From NCBI GenBank assembly GCA_002269645.1, contig NIVC01001922.1:62001-126000 (forward strand): a stretch of DNA of 64,000 nucleotides, written 5' to 3'. Of this stretch, positions 16,104 through 64,000 are shown piece after piece (the first letter of the stretch is position 1; each line of letters begins with the position of its first letter). The position numbers and the translations under genes were made by a program. Origin of the DNA: Macrostomum lignano. Its lineage: Eukaryota. The notes under the pieces are model-generated. The model ran no database searches. It was given only the letters and a program-made list of their open reading frames with translations, and was not told where the DNA came from.

Positions 16104-19100
16104 TCAGTGGCCAAAACACGCTATCAGAGTAAAGTCAGTAGCCAAAACACGCTATCAGAGTAAAGTCAGTAGCCAAAACACGCTATCAGTGTAAAGTCAG
16201 TAGCCAAAACACGCTATCAGTGTAAAGTCAGTAGCCAAAACACGCTATCAGTGTAAAGTCAATAGCCAAAACACGCTATCAGAGTAAAGTCAGTAGCCAA
16301 AACACGCTATCAGAGTAAAGTCAGTAGCCAAAACACGCTATCAGTGTAAAGTCAGTAGCCAAAACACGCTATCAGTGTAAAGTCAGTAGCCAAAACACGC
16401 TATCAGAGTAAAGTCAGTAGCCAAAACACGCTATCAGAGTAAAGTCAGTAGCCAAAACACGCTATCAGAGTAAAGTCAGTAGCCAAAACACGCTATCAGA
16501 GCAAAGTCAGTAGCCAAAACACGCTATCAGAGCAAAGTCAGTAGCCAAAACACGCTATCAGAGTAAAGTCAGTAGCCAAAACACGCTATCAGAGTAAAGT
16601 CAGTAGCCAAAACACGCTATCAGAGTAAAGTCAGTAGCCAAAACACGCTATCAGTGTAAAGTCAGTAGCCAAAACACGCTATCAGAGTAAAGTCAGTAGC
16701 CAAAACACGCTATCAGAGTAAAGTCAGTAGCCAAAACACGCTATCAGTGTAAAGTCAGTAGCCAAAACACGCTATCAGAGTAAAGTCAGTAGCCAAAACA
16801 CGCTATTAGAGTAAAGTCAGTAGCCAAAACACGCTATCAGTGTAAAGTCAGTAGCCAAAACACGCTATCAGAGTAAAGTCAGTAGCCAAAACACGCTATC
16901 AGAGTAAAGTCAGTAGCCAAAACACGCTATCAGTGCGAAGTCAATAGCCAAAACACGCTATCAGAGTAAAGTCAGTAGCCAAAACACGCTATCAGTGTAA
17001 AGTCAGTAGCCAAAACACGCTATCAGAGTAAAGTCAGTAGCCAAAACACGCTATCAGTGTAAAGTCAGTAGCCAAAACACGCTATCAGTGTAAAGTCAGT
17101 AGCCAAAACACGCTATCAGTGTAAAGTCAGTAGCCAAAACACGCTATCAGAGTAAAGTCAGTAGCCAAAACACGCTATCAGAGTAAAGTCAGTAGCCAAA
17201 ACACGCTATCAGAGTAAAGTCAGTAGCCAAAACACGCTATCAGAGTAAAGTCAGTAGCCAAAACACGCTATCAGAGTAAAGTCAGTAGCCAAAACACGCT
17301 ATCAGAGTAAAGTCAGTAGCCAAAACACGCTATCAGTGCGAAGTCAATAGCCAAAACACGCTATCAGAGTAAAGTCAGTAGCCAAAACACGCTATCAGAG
17401 TAAAGTCAGTAGCCAAAACACGCTATCAGTGTAAAGTCAGTAGCCAAAACACGCTATCAGAGTAAAGTCAGTAGCCAAAACACGCTATCAGTGTAAAGTC
17501 AGTAGCCAAAACACGCTATCAGTGCGAAGTCAATAGCCAAAACTCGCTATCAGTGCGAAGTCAATAGCCAAAACACGCTATCAGAGTAAAGTCAGTAGCC
17601 AAAACACGCTATCAGAGTAAAGTCAGTAGCCAAAACACGCTATCAGTGTAAAGTCAGTAGCCAAAACACGCTATCAGAGTAAAGTCAGTAGCCAAAACAC
17701 GCTATCAGAGTAAAGTCAGTAGCCAAAACACGCTATCAGAGTAAAGTCAGTAGCCAAAACACGCTATCAGAGTAAAGTCAGTAGCCAAAACACGCTATCA
17801 GAGTAAAGTCAGTAGCCAAAACACGCTATCAGAGCAAAGTCAGTAGCCAAAACACGCTATCAGAGCAAAGTCAGTAGCCAAAACACGCTATCAGAGTAAA
17901 GTCAGTAGCCAAAACACGCTATCAGAGTAAAGTCAGTAGCCAAAACACGCTATCAGAGTAAAGTCAGTAGCCAAAACACGCTATCAGTGTAAAGTCAGTA
18001 GCCAAAACACGCTATCAGAGTAAAGTCAGTAGCCAAAACACGCTATCAGAGTAAAGTCAGTAGCCAAAACACGCTATCAGTGTAAAGTCAGTAGCCAAAA
18101 CACGCTATCAGAGTAAAGTCAGTAGCCAAAACACGCTATCAGAGTAAAGTCAGTAGCCAAAACACGCTATCAGTGTAAAGTCAGTAGCCAAAACACGCTA
18201 TCAGAGTAAAGTCAGTAGCCAAAACACGCTATCAGAGTAAAGTCAGTAGCCAAAACACGCTATCAGTGCGAAAGTCAGTAGCCAAAACACGCTATCAGAG
18301 TAAAGTCAGTAGCCAAAACACGCTATCAGTGTAAAGTCAGTAGCCAAAACACGCTATCAGAGTAAAGTCAGTAGCCAAAACACGCTATCAGTGTAAAGTC
18401 AGTAGCCAAAACACGCTATCAGTGTAAAGTCAGTAGCCAAAACACGCTATCAGTGTAAAGTCAGTAGCCAAAACACGCTATCAGAGTAAAGTCAGTAGCC
18501 AAAACACGCTATCAGAGTAAAGTCAGTAGCCAAAACACGCTATCAGAGTAAAGTCAGTAGCCAAAACACGCTATCAGAGTAAAGTCAGTAGCCAAAACAC
18601 GCTATCAGTGCGAAAGTCAGTAGCCAAAACACGCTATCAGAGTAAAGTCAGTAGCCAAAACACGCTATCAGTGTAAAGTCAGTAGCCAAAACACGCTATC
18701 AGTGTAAAGTCAGTAGCCAAAACACGCTATCAGTGTAAAGTCAGTAGCCAAAACACGCTATCAGTGTAAAGTCAGTAGCCAAAACACGCTATCAGAGTAA
18801 AGTCAGTAGCCAAAACACGCTATCAGTGTAAAGTCAGTAGCCAAAACACGCTATCAGTGCGAAGTCAATAGCCAAAACTCGCTATCAGTGCGAAGTCAAT
18901 AGCCAAAACACGCTATCAGAGTAAAGTCAGTAGCCAAAACACGCTATCAGAGTAAAGTCAGTAGCCAAAACACGCTATCAGTGTAAAGTCAGTAGCCAAA
19001 ACACGCTATCAGTGTAAAGTCAGTAGCCAAAACACGCTATCAGAGTAAAGTCAGTAGCCAAAACACGCTATCAGAGTAAAGTCAGTAGCCAAAACACGCT

Positions 19101-19945
19101 ATCAGTGTAAAGTCAGTAGCCAAAACACGCTATCAGAGTAAAGTCAGTAGCCAAAACACGCTATCAGTGTAAAGTCAGTAGCCAAAACACGCTATCAGAG
19201 TAAAGTCAGTAGCCAAAACACGCTATCAGTGTAAAGTCAGTAGCCAAAACACGCTATCAGTGTAAAGTCAGTAGCCAAAACACGCTATCAGAGTAAAGTC
19301 AGTAGCCAAAACACGCTATCAGTGTAAAGTCAGTAGCCAAAACACGCTATCAGAGTAAAGTCAGTAGCCAAAACACGCTATCAGTGTAAAGTCAGTAGCC
19401 AAAACACGCTATCAGAGTAAAGTCAGTAGCCAAAACACGCTATCAGAGTAAAGTCAGTAGCCAAAACACGCTATCAGTGTAAAGTCAGTAGCCAAAACAC
19501 GCTATCAGAGTAAAGTCAGTAGCCAAAACACGCTATCAGAGTAAAGTCAGTAGCCAAAACACGCTATCAGAGTAAAGTCAGTAGCCAAAACACGCTATCA
19601 GTGTAAAGTCAGTAGCCAAAACACGCTATCAGAGTAAAGTCAGTAGCCAAAACACGCTATCAGAGTAAAGTCAGTAGCCAAAACACGCTATCAGAGTAAA
19701 GTCAGTAGCCAAAACACGCTATCAGAGTAAAGTCAGTAGCCAAAACACGCTATCAGAGTAAAGTCAGTAGCCAAAACACGCTATCAGAGTAAAGTCAGTA
19801 GCCAAAACACGCTATCAGTGTAAAGTCAGTAGCCAAAACACGCTATCAGTGTAAAGTCAGTAGCCAAAACACGCTATCAGAGTAAAGTCAGTAGCCAAAA
19901 CACGCTATCAGACTGTAAAGTCAGTAGCCAAAACACGCTATCAAC
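16104..19945. repeat. 31-bp minisatellite (GCCAAAACACGCTATCAG[A/T]GTAAAGTCAGTA), about 120 copies
   Basis: Directly visible; two major variants (AGAG/AGTG) and a rarer GTGCGAAGTCAATAG variant. Confidence 0.97.
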
Positions 19946-20539
19946 TTAAAGTCAGTACCACACGCCAGACAAAGTGAAAAACATGCTATAGTTAAAATAG
20001 TGCGACCTTGCAGGCAAAGGATGCCAGCTATCAGTGAACGAGACCGCCAGAAGAAAGGCTGCCACAACACATGCCATTGTTGGATTTGCCTTGCTCGAAG
20101 GGTCAACCTGCGCTCTTCTCTGAGAATTTTCAATTGCCTAGCAGCTACTAAGACTACGAGTAGCCATTCACTCTTCACTGTTCGGAACTTATAGCTACTG
20201 TAGGTTGATAAATGGAGCATAGATATAGGACAGGAAAATTCTAAAATATTTTCTTTGCTGTAGAAAGTTTCGGCGTCAGGGGCTTTCATCTGATTAGATG
20301 CTGAAGAACTCTAATAATAGTAATTACATCAGTCTCGTGTAACTACACAATGTAGATAGACTCGGTAGCTATAAACATGAGCGCCTATGCGCTGAAAACC
20401 CGGACTGTTTCCGGCTTTGGTTGATCTGCACCTCTTGCACCTCGACCCAGAATCCCTCCCGTGCATCAACTGCAGGTTCAGCGCTATTGGTAGAAAAAAT
20501 GTTTGTTAAATTTGGCGTCAGAATATGCTCACTCGATAG

Positions 20540-20830
20540 CGGCTCTTACCAAATGTGGCGCCCGCTCACCAACTTTGGCGCCTCTTACCAAATGTGGCGC
20601 AGTCTCACCAACTATAGCGCCTCTTACCAAATGTGGCGCCCCTCACCAAATTCAGCGCCCCTCACCAAATTCGGCGCCCCTCACCAAATTCGGCGCCCCT
20701 CACCAAATCCAGCGCCCTCACCAAATCCAGCGCCCTCACCAAATCCAGCGCCCTCACCAAATCCAGCGCCCTCACCAAATCCAGCGCCCCTCACCAAATT
20801 TTGCGCCCCTCAGCAAATTTGGCGCCCCTC
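20540..20830. repeat. 18-19-bp minisatellite (GCGCCC(C)TCACCAAAT(C/T)C)
   Basis: Directly visible, with more diverged units at the 5' edge. Confidence 0.9.
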
Positions 20831-21934
20831 ATATCGGCGCCGCTCCCCTATTCTTGTGGCCGCCAAGTTCGAAGTTCCATCCGTGACCAAATCAAGAAAG
20901 CGGCAATGAGATTGTGACACCCGTTTAATGCCACGAAGCGGACCAAAACACGAAGCTTTCAACACCGATCTATTTTCTTGATAAGTTGGAGAAAAATACA
21001 ATTTTACAAAAAGCTGCAAGTCCAGAATTTCAACTCAGTGCAAGTTTTAATGGGCAAATATGGCACAGGCATAGGAAAATACCGATGAGTCTGCAGGAGG
21101 CGATTTAGTGTACGGGATTTGCACGCACAACTTGTTCCGGGCAAAGCGCGCTAATGCTGTTGAAAGTAGCGATCCATTACTAACTGAAGCCAACAAAGAG
21201 AGGTTTTTCACGCGTGAGCGAGGTTTAAAAGTGCCTTTAAAAGCTTAAAGACTCACCAATCTGCGAGTAAAGAAGCGGTTAGAAAAATATTGAAACACAA
21301 AAGTACAACTTCGAGCGCAGGTGAAGCCGTCTGGGACAACTATTGCTCAGCGAAAGCAGAAGAAAGCCGCGCATAATCCGGCTGTAAAACTGCACTGAAC
21401 TGCCAACTTAACAAAAGCAGGACTTTGCGTGACAGACAATTGGCGAAACAAATTGACAAAAAAATTAGTTGGGGCAAACATATAGAATTTTGGGATGCGA
21501 AAAATTGACAGGTTTTTTATCCACAAGCGGAGGCTTGGGAGTTTGAAAACTTTTTGATAAAAAACATTTTGCTGTGCTTAGCAACAAGCATTGCTACAGG
21601 GCGCGCCTGTTGGTTAAAGCGCCAACTGAGTCAAGCAGCTGCATGCTGTCTTCGCTTTTAAGGTCGCTTGACTCGCTTTTACTCACAAATATGCTAACGG
21701 CAAGAGTTAGTACAAGTATAACATTCAATCGAAATTACTGCTGACAATTATAACTTGATTTAATATTGTCATGTTTTCTGTTCAATCCAATTAATCTTTC
21801 TTAAATATAAAATTATTTCATAAAGCTAATCCTTGAGAATCTCACAGAGAATCCCGCTTGCTTCTGTGTGGCCTGAGCCTCGCCTCTCTGATCCGTTGAG
21901 AACAACATGTGTCACAAGAGCATCGGGGACGAGC

Positions 21935-23092
21935 TCAAACGCAGGTGACGGCCTGCAGTCGCTTCGACGCGCTGTCCGTAGCTGACGGTCTCGGCGACCG
22001 TCTGGCGGGCAGCTTGCGGCGCTTCAACCGCTGCAGACTGGCCCGGAATGTCCGGCTGTAGGCCATCAGCACGATGAAGTTCAGGCAGGAGTCGAGCGGC
22101 ACGCACAGCAGACTCCATGCGGTCACGGTGTCCAGACGGAGGACCACCGGCTGCAGGTCAAACAGCGTCTCGAACGGGTAGCACAGCATGTAGGCCACGC
22201 TGCCGATCTGCATTGCGGCGAACGGGAATTCGAATCCGACGAAGCCAAATGACAGCAGCAGGACCATCTTGCAGGAGCGGCGCGACGATTTGTGCTGGAA
22301 GGTCTGCCTGCGCAGCGCCCAGGCCATGCGGCAGCCCAGGCAGAACACGCCGGTGCCGGGCAGCAGCGTGCCAAACAGCGCGACGCTGGCGAAGCTCAGC
22401 ATGAGCGGTCGGATCTGCTCGCGGAACGCGGCGAGGCTGATCAGCGTGGCGTTCGCCGCCGTCATCATCAGCGGGCCGGCAGCCGGATCCGGCGTGGCCG
22501 TGATGGCCAGCTTCGGCCAATCGCCAGCTGTTTTTGTTTCCGCTGCCGCCGCCGCTGTCCCCGATGTAGGAACGTTCGCTGCATCCGGGGTGGTCAGGGC
22601 TCTGCTGGCGAACACGAGAGCGACCGACAGGCCGGTGATGATCAGCATGGCCAGGGTCTGCTGGCGCCAGTTGAACCAGTCCGGCCGGCTGCGCAGCGGG
22701 CGAACCACGGCGAAGGTACGGCAGGAGGTGAGCACCAGCAGCCAGCCGTTGCGCACGGTGTGCAGCGTGTGGAAACCGGACTCCAGCGCGCCGCGCTGCA
22801 GGGGCCAGTTGAACCGGTGCAGCATCAGATGCACGCTGAAGAACAGGGTAAGGGCGATCTCCGTGGCTGTCAGCACCAGCAGGCTGTGGCCCTTGTTGCG
22901 AGAGGCCCCCACCGGGCCGCCCCTGATGAGCGCCGTCAGCAGGAAGATGTTCGTGCACAGTGCCGCGACGGTGGCCCCCAAGGTCAGCGCCCATGGCACC
23001 GTCTCCTCCAGCGGCGCTTCAACTTCCATGGCGTGATCGCTTTTTGACGAATCAACGGAAGTCTGGTTTATTAGCTGAATGGCGGCTGGCAT
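21935..23092 (-). CDS. Intronless class A (rhodopsin-like) GPCR, divergent peptide-receptor/orphan type, 385 aa
   Basis: Seven hydrophobic segments. TM1 ..ALCTNIFLL, TM2 LLVLTATE, TM3 LLVLTSCRTFAVVRPL (DRY position), TM5 LLPGTGVF, TM6 KMVLLLSFGFVGFEFP, TM7 DSCLNFIVL followed by helix 8 SRTFR. GC3-rich codons. Confidence 0.85.
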   Translation of the reverse strand: MPAAIQLINQTSVDSSKSDHAMEVEAPLEETVPWALTLGATVAALCTNIFLLTALIRGGPVGASRNKGHSLLVLTATEIALTLFFSVHLMLHRFNWPLQRGALESGFHTLHTVRNGWLLVLTSCRTFAVVRPLRSRPDWFNWRQQTLAMLIITGLSVALVFASRALTTPDAANVPTSGTAAAAAETKTAGDWPKLAITATPDPAAGPLMMTAANATLISLAAFREQIRPLMLSFASVALFGTLLPGTGVFCLGCRMAWALRRQTFQHKSSRRSCKMVLLLSFGFVGFEFPFAAMQIGSVAYMLCYPFETLFDLQPVVLRLDTVTAWSLLCVPLDSCLNFIVLMAYSRTFRASLQRLKRRKLPARRSPRPSATDSASKRLQAVTCV

Positions 23093-23392
23093 CTTGGCGT
23101 TGACTGTTCGTGCCGATGGTTGCCGTCTATTTATTCAGCATAGGGCAGATTAAGTGGCATTGGACAGCGAGGCTCTGAGGGTCACGGCCAATGAAAATCT
23201 GCAGCAACATCTTCGTTCTCCCCCTTCCTATTCCCTGCTCACACTTCCGTTTGAGCAATCCTAGCTTAAGGTGCAAAACAAATTCTAGGAAAACATGTCC
23301 TAGAACAAGGAAGTGGGATCGCGACTTTTAATTGGGATTTGGGATAGGCGCTAGTACGATAGAGTGAGGTGCGCCAACTCAATCTGACCAAA

Positions 23393-23700
23393 TCAGTTTC
23401 GTGTAGTTTCGTGCAATTTCGTGAAATTTCATGCAGTTTCGTGTCAGTTTCGTGCAGTTTCGTGTCAGTTTCGTGCACTTTCGTGCACTTTCGTGCAGTT
23501 TCGTGTCAGTTCGTGCAGTTTCGTGCAGTTCGTGCAAGTTCATGTCAGTTTCGTGTCAGTTTCGTGCAGTTTCGTGTCAGTTTCGTGCACTTTCGTGCAC
23601 TTTCGTGCAGTTTCGTGTCAGTTCGTGCAGTTTCGTGCAGTTCGTGCAAGTTCATGTCAGTTTCGTGTCAGTTTCGTGCAGTTTCGTGTCAGTTTCGTGT
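23393..23700. repeat. 10-11-bp microsatellite-like array (GTTTCGTGCA / GTTTCGTGTCA)
   Basis: Directly visible. Confidence 0.92.
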
Positions 23701-25094
23701 GCTGTGCAGCCCGCTGTGTCTGCACACTTTCTAATCAATAGTCAAGCAGAATTGAATTTAATTAAATTAATCTGTTCAGCTGTCACGCGCCTCCTCACTG
23801 TAGGGATCAGTCTGTTTGAGTAAGGTTTTAGGATATGAGATTCAACACCAGTATCTATGTGCGGGTGCTGCATGATGTTCATATGATTGTAGGATTTTGT
23901 GATCTTGGAATCCCGTGATGCAACTTTTTTCGTTATATAATTACAATTTTATGACATTCGTGTCTTAAAAAATAATACGTTGCACCTGTACAACAATAAA
24001 CAATCAATATTAATATTTGAATATTTATATATTTCAAATCCCCGAATATTCGCTCGAATCCGAGATTGCGATGCGAACCCAAGGCTTGCAATATTGTTCA
24101 TCGCGTAACTAGAGTCTAAATCAAAGGAAAAATAGTGTAGCTAGCTTTCGTGATTTTAACGTGCATGACACAGCTCGGTTTACTCGTAACCCAAGCCCAC
24201 TGAACCAGCACTGAACCATAATTTTTTTCAACATTAAAAGGCTGGCACGTGGGCATCTTCTCAAATCTAAGATGTGTTTATGACTCAGAGATAAGTGACA
24301 TAAAATGGGTGCACAAAATTAATTATATTGCCAAATTAGTATGTACAGTATTTCAGTTTCAGTCCAATTCCCCTTCGTTATTCGCTGTACATTCACACCC
24401 TTGGGGTAGGCCTAAGGCTTATCTGGCCCGCCAGCCAATCGGATCTCGGCTGACGCCAGGCCATTTTCTGAACCAATCAACCCCAACCCCCCACCCACAA
24501 CCAGCCAGCAGGCGCCCCCTCACCCTCTCTCCCATTCCTTCTTTTATCGATCGCCTATAATCGCCCCTCCACCAAGCTTAGGGTTTTTCTATTCTAAAGG
24601 GGTGTTTCTCAGCAAGCTGACTCCTGCGCGTATTTGAAGTCCGGCCCAGCTAATGTTTATTTGCTACTCTCCCGTCTCCTGAGCCACTTTCATTCACTGA
24701 AGGCCGATTCTCTAAGCGCATTGACTAGAAAAAAATTGTCCACTGCAAAAAAACTTACAAACCAACAAAAGCGCAGAAAAAGCAAGCCAATTTACTAACT
24801 TTGCAAGTTTATTCGCCCACACCGATGGGCGCTCAGAGGTGCTGCATATGGCTTCTGCTGGCAGGTAAGTTAATTGTCCATCTACTGGCGTATTTCTTAT
24901 TTCGTACCATCTCGTATTTTGTATAGTGTGACAATGTCAATGACATGGCGGGGGTACTGGATGTTGAAGTTGTGCATGCAATGTAGAGATTAAGTTTTTG
25001 AAATGCAGATTGTATCGGCATGCCGTATGTACTATGGGATGCAGAAGTTATGTATGGGAAGTAAATGTTGAAAATACGAAGTGAGACTGAGAGG

Positions 25095-25575
25095 GTAGGT
25101 GTGGGTGTAGGCGTAGGGGGTAGGTGTGGGTGTAAGCGTAGGGGATAGGTGTGGGTGTAGGCGTAGGGGGTAGGTGTGGGTGTAGGCGTAGGGGGTAGGT
25201 GTGGGTGTAGGCGTAGGGGGTAGGTGTGGGTGTAGGCGTAGGGGGTAGGTGTGGGTGTAAGCGTAGGGGGTAGGTGTGGGTGTAGGCGTAGGGGGTAGGT
25301 GTGGGTGTAGGCGTAGGAGGTAGGTGTTGGCGTAGAGGGTGGTTTTCTGTGTAGAGACTGGGTCTGGGTGAAAAAGGCTGGGTGCGGGTGTAGAGTGTGG
25401 GTGTGGTATAGAGGGTAGTAGTGGGTGTAGTGGGTGCGGGTGCAGAGTAGCTGTAGGTGTAGTGGGTGAGTGCGGGTGCAGAGTAGTTGTGGGTGTAGAG
25501 GTTGGTGCGGGTATAGAGGGTAGTGGGTGCAGAGGGTGTGTGCGGGTGCAGAGTAGTTGGGGGTGTAGAGGTTGG
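25095..25575. repeat. 25-bp G-rich minisatellite (TAGGTGTGGGTGTAGGCGTAGGGGG), about 9 copies, grading into degenerate GT-rich sequence
   Basis: Directly visible. Confidence 0.9.
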
Positions 25576-25749
25576 ACTATAGCTCAGTAATTGACAAATT
25601 AGTGGGCACCGCAGTTAACACCTGTCCCCTCTTCTCTTTTGCTTTAAAGCTGCCATTGTGTCAATCCCGGAAGCAAAGGTGTCCAAATACGGCCTCGCTG
25701 ACAGCGAACTTCTCCTCGTATGTGTCTTTACGAAATCTTTTTTGGAAAT

Positions 25750-26080
25750 ATTTTCTGTCAACGTTCATACATGCGCAACCTCCAAAATTCGGTCGGCCAT
25801 GCGACTTAGTTTTAACAAAAATGCGACGTAGTTTTTGGCCAAAAATGCGACTTACATGTAAAAAAAACCCTAACGCAAAATTAACGCAACTTTGGGTAAA
25901 CGGCAGGAGTAACTATAACTGTCTTATTAAGTCAAAATGCCTCGTCAGCTACTTAGTACTACTACTTTGCGTTTTTTTCGGGTGGGCATTTTTGCGACTT
26001 CCTTGGTTGGCCGCCAAATCGGTCGGCCGGATCGGCCGACTCGGCCGACTGTTGCGCATGTATGTCAACGTTCGTAAAAT
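25750..26080. mobile_element. Inverted-repeat (MITE-like) element carrying the 28S-derived core, copy 2
   Basis: CATACATGCGCAAC (25766-25779) and GTTGCGCATGTATG (26051-26064) form a perfect 14-bp inverted repeat. A ~115-bp core at 25846-25960 matches the reverse complement of 432-545. Confidence 0.6.
25894..25957 (+). other. 28S rRNA-derived fragment (helix 69-71, R2 target region), copy 2
   Basis: GGGTAAACGGCAGGAGTAACTATAACTGTCTTATTAAGTCAAAATGCCTCGTCAGCTACTTAGT is colinear with the conserved 28S segment, and the AAGGTAGC site is altered. Confidence 0.75.
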
Positions 26081-26127
26081 GAATCCAACTAAAACCCGGT
26101 TCGCAATTAATAATCTCTCAGTTCGAC

Positions 26128-63929
<37,802 letters not shown>

Positions 63930-64000
63930 GTGAGTGGGACTGCTCTCATTGGGCTTCGACTAGCTCGTATCCTAACTCGGCCTCTTCTGAATCCCATCAA

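Noticed and set aside
22117-23047. Long + strand and alternative-frame ORFs overlapping the GPCR
   Set aside because: Shadow ORFs caused by very high GC3; no recognisable protein features.
25574-25600. tRNA-like start GGACTATAGCTCAGT
   Set aside because: No B box, anticodon arm or acceptor stem follows.

Overview
Eukaryotic (metazoan) genomic DNA with GC3-rich exons, a mix of very short (about 60-105 nt) and minisatellite-inflated introns. The style suggests a free-living flatworm such as Macrostomum (inference, not provable from the window). Left to right: (1) ~0.8-7.4 kb is a sharply bounded, almost CpG-free block of transition-riddled repeats: a ~170-bp satellite, a Penelope-like GIY-YIG remnant and an R1/LOA-type LINE remnant whose conserved Trp codons have become stops. 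(2) A 5-exon RNF121 RING-H2 E3 gene lies 2.1 kb upstream of a 2-exon UBE2K E2 gene on the same strand. (3) An intronless rhodopsin-like GPCR is on the minus strand. (4) From 26.1 kb to beyond the right edge runs one giant + strand gene: about 39 exons reconstructed by splice-phase matching, ~3,700 aa so far. It has furin-like sites, coding G/S/R and Pro-rich repeats, many diverged SEA-like modules and a mucin-like exon, and nearly every larger intron holds its own private minisatellite. Two copies of a dispersed inverted-repeat element carry a 64-nt fragment of 28S rRNA whose R2/I-PpoI target site is scrambled. Most long ORFs in the supplied track are repeat or antisense artefacts. All coordinates and counts were read by eye and may be off by a few bases.
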